Positions 59,074-64,000 of a stretch of DNA of 64,000 nucleotides are shown here, one piece after another. This DNA comes from Rhodospirillales bacterium (GTDB taxonomy: Bacteria > Pseudomonadota > Alphaproteobacteria > Bin95), in NCBI GenBank assembly GCA_008081395.1, contig VMCJ01000011.1:14264-78263 (forward strand), given 5' to 3'. The notes below the pieces were generated by a model. That model did no database searches, was not told the origin of the DNA, and saw only the letters and a list, made by a program, of their open reading frames with translations. Numbering within the stretch: the stretch's first letter is position 1; every line of letters begins with the position of its first letter. The position numbers were made by a program, and so were the translations under genes.

Positions 59074-59451
59074 ATGCCTATTTCTAAAGAACATCTTGAG
59101 TTTGTTGTTCCTGATATGAGTGAAGGTTGGGAGACCCCTGCAGGATATCCCGCGGGTATCAAACAGAAAATTCTTGCTGGATCTCTCGATGATACAAAGA
59201 GATCAGGTAGCCGTACCCGGCTTCTGCGTTTTGATCCCGGTGTTTTCACAACAGAGCCATTCGTGCATGAACACTGGGAAGAGGTATATGTCCTCTCGGG
59301 AGATCTTTGGGTTGGCAATGATCAGCAAGGCAATGGCGGTAGAAAGTGTGATCCGAATACATACGCTTGCCGACCGCCAGGAGCTTATCACGGTCCCTTT
59401 AAGTCCGAGGGCGGCTGCATGCTTCTTGAAATCCATTATTACGATTCATAG
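59074..59451 (+). CDS. cupin domain protein
   Basis: 125-aa protein with HEHWEEVYVLSG-type cupin motif 1 and a later His (motif 2). Confidence 0.55.
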   Translation: MPISKEHLEFVVPDMSEGWETPAGYPAGIKQKILAGSLDDTKRSGSRTRLLRFDPGVFTTEPFVHEHWEEVYVLSGDLWVGNDQQGNGGRKCDPNTYACRPPGAYHGPFKSEGGCMLLEIHYYDS

Positions 59452-59493
59452 TTAATGCTATGTGAGCTGAGTAAGATGGTACTGAAAAAGAAC

Positions 59494-60696
59494 CTAGAGG
59501 CTAAATACGGCGCCTGAATCTAGGCTGTTACGAATTTCTTCATCTGAAAACCCAAACTTAGCCAAGATTTCTTCTGTATTTGCCCCCTTAGCAGGGGCTG
59601 GGTATCGTGTTTCAGCATAAGCTCCATTCAGTTTTATGGGCGTTCCCATAGCAAGCGGTGCGTTAGGCGCCATTGTCTTTACTATAGGCAGCCAATTTGT
59701 AATTGCAGTGTCAGATGCAACGTCACCAAAGTCATTAATTGGTCCGGCAAGAATGTCAGCAGCTTGGAGCCTCTCTATCCATTCTTTTGCTGATGCTGAA
59801 GCTAGCATTGGCTCAATTATTTCATCAATTTTGTTTCGGTTTGCTACCCGATTAGCATTAGTTCGATAGCTTGGATCATCAATTAAGTGTTCCAGTCCCA
59901 TCACGCCGCAAAATTTAGCCCAGTGGGAGTCTCTCAGAATAGCTATAGAGATATATCGACCATCGCCCGCTCTGTAAGCACCAGCTGGTGCGAGGTTCAT
60001 ATTAGAATTTCCTTGCCTTTTAGGAGGAACGCCAGAAGCAAGGAAACGCGTGTAGCCTGCGGTCATCATTCCCAGCGCTGCAGCCATAAGGCTTATCTCA
60101 ATATTTGCACCGCCGTTACCTGATAAGCGATTATAAAGTGCAAGAAGAATTCCCTGCACGGCGGCATTTCCGGCGGCCATATCTATTAGCGGAAAACCTA
60201 CTCTTGTTGGGGGGCCATCTGGTTCCCCAACCAGGCTCATCAGCCCACTCATAGCCTGAATAATGGTATCGCTCGCAGGCTGCTGCGCGTAAGGACCTTC
60301 CAATCCAAAGCCTGAGATAATGCAATAAATCAAATTAGGATTTATGGATTGGCAGTTGGAGTAATCAAAACCTAATTTTGCCATCACACCGGGACGATAA
60401 TTAGAGATCAAAATATCTGCTTGGCGGATCATGCGAGAGAGAATTTTGGCTCCCTCCGCTGTTCCTGCATTTAGGCCAATATTTCGTTTGTTTCGGTTCA
60501 GAGAAATAAACTGCCCGTTCTCTTGCCCATCCACTTCGTTGTGGTCTGCAGGGCGGGACCAATCACCAGCAGGCCTTTCAACCTTAATTACATCGGCTCC
60601 CATATCAGCAAGAGCCATGGCGGCATAGGGGCCTGCAACACCCTCTGTCATGTCTATGACGGAAATTTTTTCTAGGATTCCGTGGCCTATTTTCAT
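59494..60696 (-). CDS. CaiB/BaiF family (class III) CoA-transferase
   Basis: N-terminal ILxxIxVIDMTxxxAGPYAxMxLADMGAxVIKVE signature. Length is 400 aa. Confidence 0.85.
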   Translation of the reverse strand: MKIGHGILEKISVIDMTEGVAGPYAAMALADMGADVIKVERPAGDWSRPADHNEVDGQENGQFISLNRNKRNIGLNAGTAEGAKILSRMIRQADILISNYRPGVMAKLGFDYSNCQSINPNLIYCIISGFGLEGPYAQQPASDTIIQAMSGLMSLVGEPDGPPTRVGFPLIDMAAGNAAVQGILLALYNRLSGNGGANIEISLMAAALGMMTAGYTRFLASGVPPKRQGNSNMNLAPAGAYRAGDGRYISIAILRDSHWAKFCGVMGLEHLIDDPSYRTNANRVANRNKIDEIIEPMLASASAKEWIERLQAADILAGPINDFGDVASDTAITNWLPIVKTMAPNAPLAMGTPIKLNGAYAETRYPAPAKGANTEEILAKFGFSDEEIRNSLDSGAVFSL

Positions 60697-60864
60697 TTTA
60701 TTCTCTCTTTTTAGGGGTGCCAGCTTGAATTTGGCCTAGTATAACACCTAACATAAGAAGTTAAGGATTTAGGAGTCCGCATACCGTCCACATATCCAGG
60801 ATAATGGAGGCGTGGGTTTGGGAGCGACAATTGATCAACTGCTAACTAGTTAGGAAGCAACGGC

Positions 60865-63123
60865 ATGGACGCGGTAACGCAAGATAATAAATGGATTGGT
60901 AAAAGCACGATCCGTCCCGACGGCGTCGATAAAGTTACGGGCATGGCCCGTTACGGTGCAGACGGAGATATGCCCGGTATGGTTTGGGGAAAGGTTCTGC
61001 GCAGTCCCCATGCTCACGCAAAAATTAAGTCAATCGACACATCTGCCGCGGAAGCGATGAAGGGTGTGTTGGCTGTTATGACTGGTGATGACCTCCCAGT
61101 TCTCCCGCTTGATATCCCGCGCCCGATGGGTCCACAGGATCTGCGTTGGGTTTGTCGCAATACTATTGCTCATGACAAAACCATGTATGTGGGCCATGCC
61201 GTGGCAGCAGTTGCAGCTACTTCGCAGCCGATTGCAGAAGCAGCTCTTGCTGCAATAAAGGTAGATTATGAAGTTCTACCTCATGTGGTTGAAATTGAAG
61301 ACGCCATTAAAGAAGACGCGCCTATTGTACACGATTGGATCCGCACTTCTGGCGTGGAGCCAGCACCTCAAAAACCGTCAAATATAGCTTCGGTTCTTAC
61401 AGAAAAGGCAGGCGATGTTGAGGCAGGCTTTGCCGCTGCTGAAGTTATCATTGAGCGGACTTTTAAAACAGCCGCTGTTCACCAAGCTTACATTGAGCCG
61501 CATGCATGCACGGTCCATTACGGCAAGGATGGACAATCGACAATTTGGTCGAGTAGCCAGGGACAATTCATGGTCCGTTACGTAACTTCTGTGCTTACTG
61601 GCATGGCAGTTGGCGACATTAAGGCAATTCCAGCAGAGATTGGTGGTGGTTTCGGCGGTAAGACCATTGTTTATCTCGAGCCTTTGGCAATGGTGCTCTC
61701 AAAGAAGTGTGGGCGCCCTGTGAAGATGCAGATGTCTCGCGAGGAAGTATTCCGTGCGACTGGTCCAACTTCTGGCTCCGTAAGCCATATAAAGTTGGGC
61801 GTTTCTAAAGAGGGAAAGATAACGGCTGTCGAGACCGACTACTATTATCAAGCAGGAGCTTGGCCTGGGTCTCCAGTAGCCAGAGCAGTGTATTTCCCAT
61901 ATTCCAGTTATAAGATTGATAATGCAGTAGTTCGCGGTTTTGACGTCGTCTCGAACCGCCAAAAGGTTAATGCTTACCGTGCTCCTGGAGCGCCTGGTGG
62001 CAATTATCCTCTTGAATGCGCGCTTGATGAGGCAGCTGATAAGCTTGGCATGGATCCTCTCGAATTGCGTAAAAAGAACATGATCGGGGCAGATGAACCA
62101 ACTTTCTTTGGTGCAAAGATTGGCACTCACGGCATGTTGGAATGTATTGAGGCGATTGAGCAACATCCTAATGCCAAGATCCCTCTCGGTCCGAATCAAG
62201 GTCGTGGGGTTGCTGTTGGCTACTGGGGTAACGCTGGTGGCGAATCCAGTGCCCAGCTTCATATTAATGAAGACGGGACAGCCCTCGTTATCACTGGTCA
62301 CCCAGATGTAGGTGGTAGCCGGGCATCCATGGTCAATATTGCTGCAGAGCTTTTGGGTATAGACTACCGCAAAGTTCGAGCTCAGATCGGAGATACCAAT
62401 GCGGTTGGCATAAGTGCTGTCACCGGCGGAAGTCGCGTAACTTTTGCGTCGGGTATGGCTGTCAACCAGGCCACACGTAAAGTCATCGACGTGTTGCGTT
62501 CTAGAGCTGCCGCAAAGTGGGGCATTGATGTTGAGGCCGTGGAGTGGGCAGATGGCGAAGCTCGCCCAGCTGGCCAAAATGCGGGCGAGTTTGACCCTCT
62601 GACACTTGAAGATATTGCCGGTGCTGGTGGAGAGCCTATTGCAGCGTCAGTATCGATCAATGCAACAGGTCATCAGGGTTCATTTGCAGCCCAAATGGTG
62701 GATGTGGAAGTTGATCCAGAAACTGGGCATGTGAAGGTTCTTCGTTTCACAGCCTCACAGGATGTGGGACGTGCGATCCATCCGGACTATTGTGCAGGTC
62801 AGATCCAGGGCGGAGTTGTTCAAGGTATTGGTTGGGCTCTTAACGAAGAGTACATCTATGCAAAGAACGGTGATGTAGATAATGCTGGGTTCCTTGATTA
62901 CCGAATTCCGGTTGCCAGTGATCTTCCTAACATCACCCCAATAATGGTCGAGGTGCCAAACGATAAGCACCCATACGGTGTTAAGGGTGTTGGTGAAACC
63001 ACTATCGTACCTCCTCTGGCCGCTATCGCGAATGCGGTTTCGCATGCGATCGGTCGTCGGATGACGGAGCTTCCAATGGCACCACCTAAAGTTCTGGCGG
63101 CCATAAGTGCTTCAGAAGATTAA
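60865..63123 (+). CDS. xanthine dehydrogenase / aldehyde oxidase family molybdopterin-binding large subunit
   Basis: 752-aa protein with the Ald_Xan_dh hammerhead N-terminal domain and MoCo-binding domains (GGGFGGK motif, C-terminal active-site Glu region). Confidence 0.85.
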   Translation: MDAVTQDNKWIGKSTIRPDGVDKVTGMARYGADGDMPGMVWGKVLRSPHAHAKIKSIDTSAAEAMKGVLAVMTGDDLPVLPLDIPRPMGPQDLRWVCRNTIAHDKTMYVGHAVAAVAATSQPIAEAALAAIKVDYEVLPHVVEIEDAIKEDAPIVHDWIRTSGVEPAPQKPSNIASVLTEKAGDVEAGFAAAEVIIERTFKTAAVHQAYIEPHACTVHYGKDGQSTIWSSSQGQFMVRYVTSVLTGMAVGDIKAIPAEIGGGFGGKTIVYLEPLAMVLSKKCGRPVKMQMSREEVFRATGPTSGSVSHIKLGVSKEGKITAVETDYYYQAGAWPGSPVARAVYFPYSSYKIDNAVVRGFDVVSNRQKVNAYRAPGAPGGNYPLECALDEAADKLGMDPLELRKKNMIGADEPTFFGAKIGTHGMLECIEAIEQHPNAKIPLGPNQGRGVAVGYWGNAGGESSAQLHINEDGTALVITGHPDVGGSRASMVNIAAELLGIDYRKVRAQIGDTNAVGISAVTGGSRVTFASGMAVNQATRKVIDVLRSRAAAKWGIDVEAVEWADGEARPAGQNAGEFDPLTLEDIAGAGGEPIAASVSINATGHQGSFAAQMVDVEVDPETGHVKVLRFTASQDVGRAIHPDYCAGQIQGGVVQGIGWALNEEYIYAKNGDVDNAGFLDYRIPVASDLPNITPIMVEVPNDKHPYGVKGVGETTIVPPLAAIANAVSHAIGRRMTELPMAPPKVLAAISASED

Positions 63124-63196
63124 AACTTAAAGAGATACTAAATTATGCAGCGGCAGCGTCATTGTTATGACGCTGCCGTTTTTCTTTTCCTAATTT

Positions 63197-63964
63197 TTAT
63201 GTTCTTAACGCAGAGTAGGCGCGGCTTAGGACGCCAACCGAAGCAACTAATGAGAGATAATAAAAAAGCAATACACCTACAAATACGAGGTATTGGCTAC
63301 CTACCGCAGTTCCTAAGGCTGTCAAAGCCATAACAAGTATGGCTCCAAGGAATCCTAGAGTTAACCAAGTTACAATTAATGCCTGTGCAATTTGCGCGGT
63401 ATTACCCTTTGCCAAAGCCATTGCATCTACAAAACCTGTTTGGTTCCCTAATGCAGCAGCCGGCATTGCTAAGCCAAGTTTAGCCCAAATGAAGGCATAT
63501 CCACTGATCACAAAAACAGCGGTTATAATCATTCCAAATACAGAACTGGCCATAAGCACAGGAGCAAAAATCTGGGTTACGATGTTAATGGCCATCATGC
63601 AAAGCCAAATTGTTATAAGCCTCCCAAGGTAGCGCCATTCACGAATATCCCATCCAAAAAGGCGCCCATTTTCGCGTCGCACTTCACCAGTTACTAGAAG
63701 TCGATGCCAACCAGTAAATGCAGGCACCAGTGCTAGCGTGGCGAAGAGTGAACCGAAGCTCATGTGACCAATAATTGTCAGCAATTCTGATTCTAAACCT
63801 TTGGTGCTCTCTGCGGGGGGCACTGCCAATCGAGCCATCACGGCAAAGAGTACAAGGACCAGTAGTGAGGGAGTACAAAGGGTTAGAAGTGTTCCAAAGC
63901 GCGTGAATAGATTACTCAGGGCATATCCCATAAGATCTCTTACACTCAGTGTTTTTTCAGCCAT
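63197..63964 (-). CDS. hypothetical polytopic membrane protein
   Basis: 255-aa protein with at least 6 predicted TM helices and no recognisable family signature. Confidence 0.45.
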   Translation of the reverse strand: MAEKTLSVRDLMGYALSNLFTRFGTLLTLCTPSLLVLVLFAVMARLAVPPAESTKGLESELLTIIGHMSFGSLFATLALVPAFTGWHRLLVTGEVRRENGRLFGWDIREWRYLGRLITIWLCMMAINIVTQIFAPVLMASSVFGMIITAVFVISGYAFIWAKLGLAMPAAALGNQTGFVDAMALAKGNTAQIAQALIVTWLTLGFLGAILVMALTALGTAVGSQYLVFVGVLLFYYLSLVASVGVLSRAYSALRT

Positions 63965-64000
63965 TTAATTAATTCTTCCTTGCTCTTCCACCGGGACGTC

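Noticed and set aside
1-64000. Searched by eye for CRISPR arrays, IS elements or transposase genes
   Set aside because: I saw no regularly spaced direct repeats and no transposase or integrase-like ORFs other than xerD.

Overview
This 64 kb window is alphaproteobacterial-type chromosomal DNA of moderate GC. I base that call on rpoH, a CarD/CdnL regulator, the petABC (fbcFBC) cytochrome bc1 operon, a long-form dCTP deaminase and hslVU. The first ~44 kb is mostly housekeeping. It holds aroK-aroB-tlyC, xerD, rpoH, carD, mtnP-mtnA, petABC, trmL-hemF, glmS/glmU, dapB, two tRNAs, HU, hslVU and a DEAD-box helicase, interspersed with accessory metabolic genes. The second part, ~44-63 kb, is a minus-strand-rich accessory/catabolic region. 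The most striking feature is a canonical TPP (THI-box) riboswitch on the minus strand at ~50.79-50.93 kb. It sits directly upstream of a tightly overlapping six-gene operon. That operon encodes a LuxE-like acyl-protein synthetase, a LuxC-like acyl-CoA reductase, an NitT/TauT-type ABC transporter (ATPase, permease, NMT1/THI5-like binding protein; a ThiZ-X-Y arrangement) and an SDR. I am not aware of a luciferase-less LuxC/LuxE reductase module under thiamine-pyrophosphate control being described. I propose it reduces an oxidized thiamine-moiety carboxylate back to a salvageable alcohol (HMP or thiazole-ethanol). Immediately upstream lies a separate amidohydrolase-LLM monooxygenase-TauD operon. 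Further on is a loose set of catabolic enzymes: an HisC-like aminotransferase, a 7Fe ferredoxin, a MetE-like protein, an M20 hydrolase, a cupin, a CaiB CoA-transferase and an orphan xanthine-dehydrogenase-family Mo subunit. I saw no CRISPR arrays, transposases or obvious prophage genes. All calls rest on reading the supplied translations and sequence by eye. No database searches were run.
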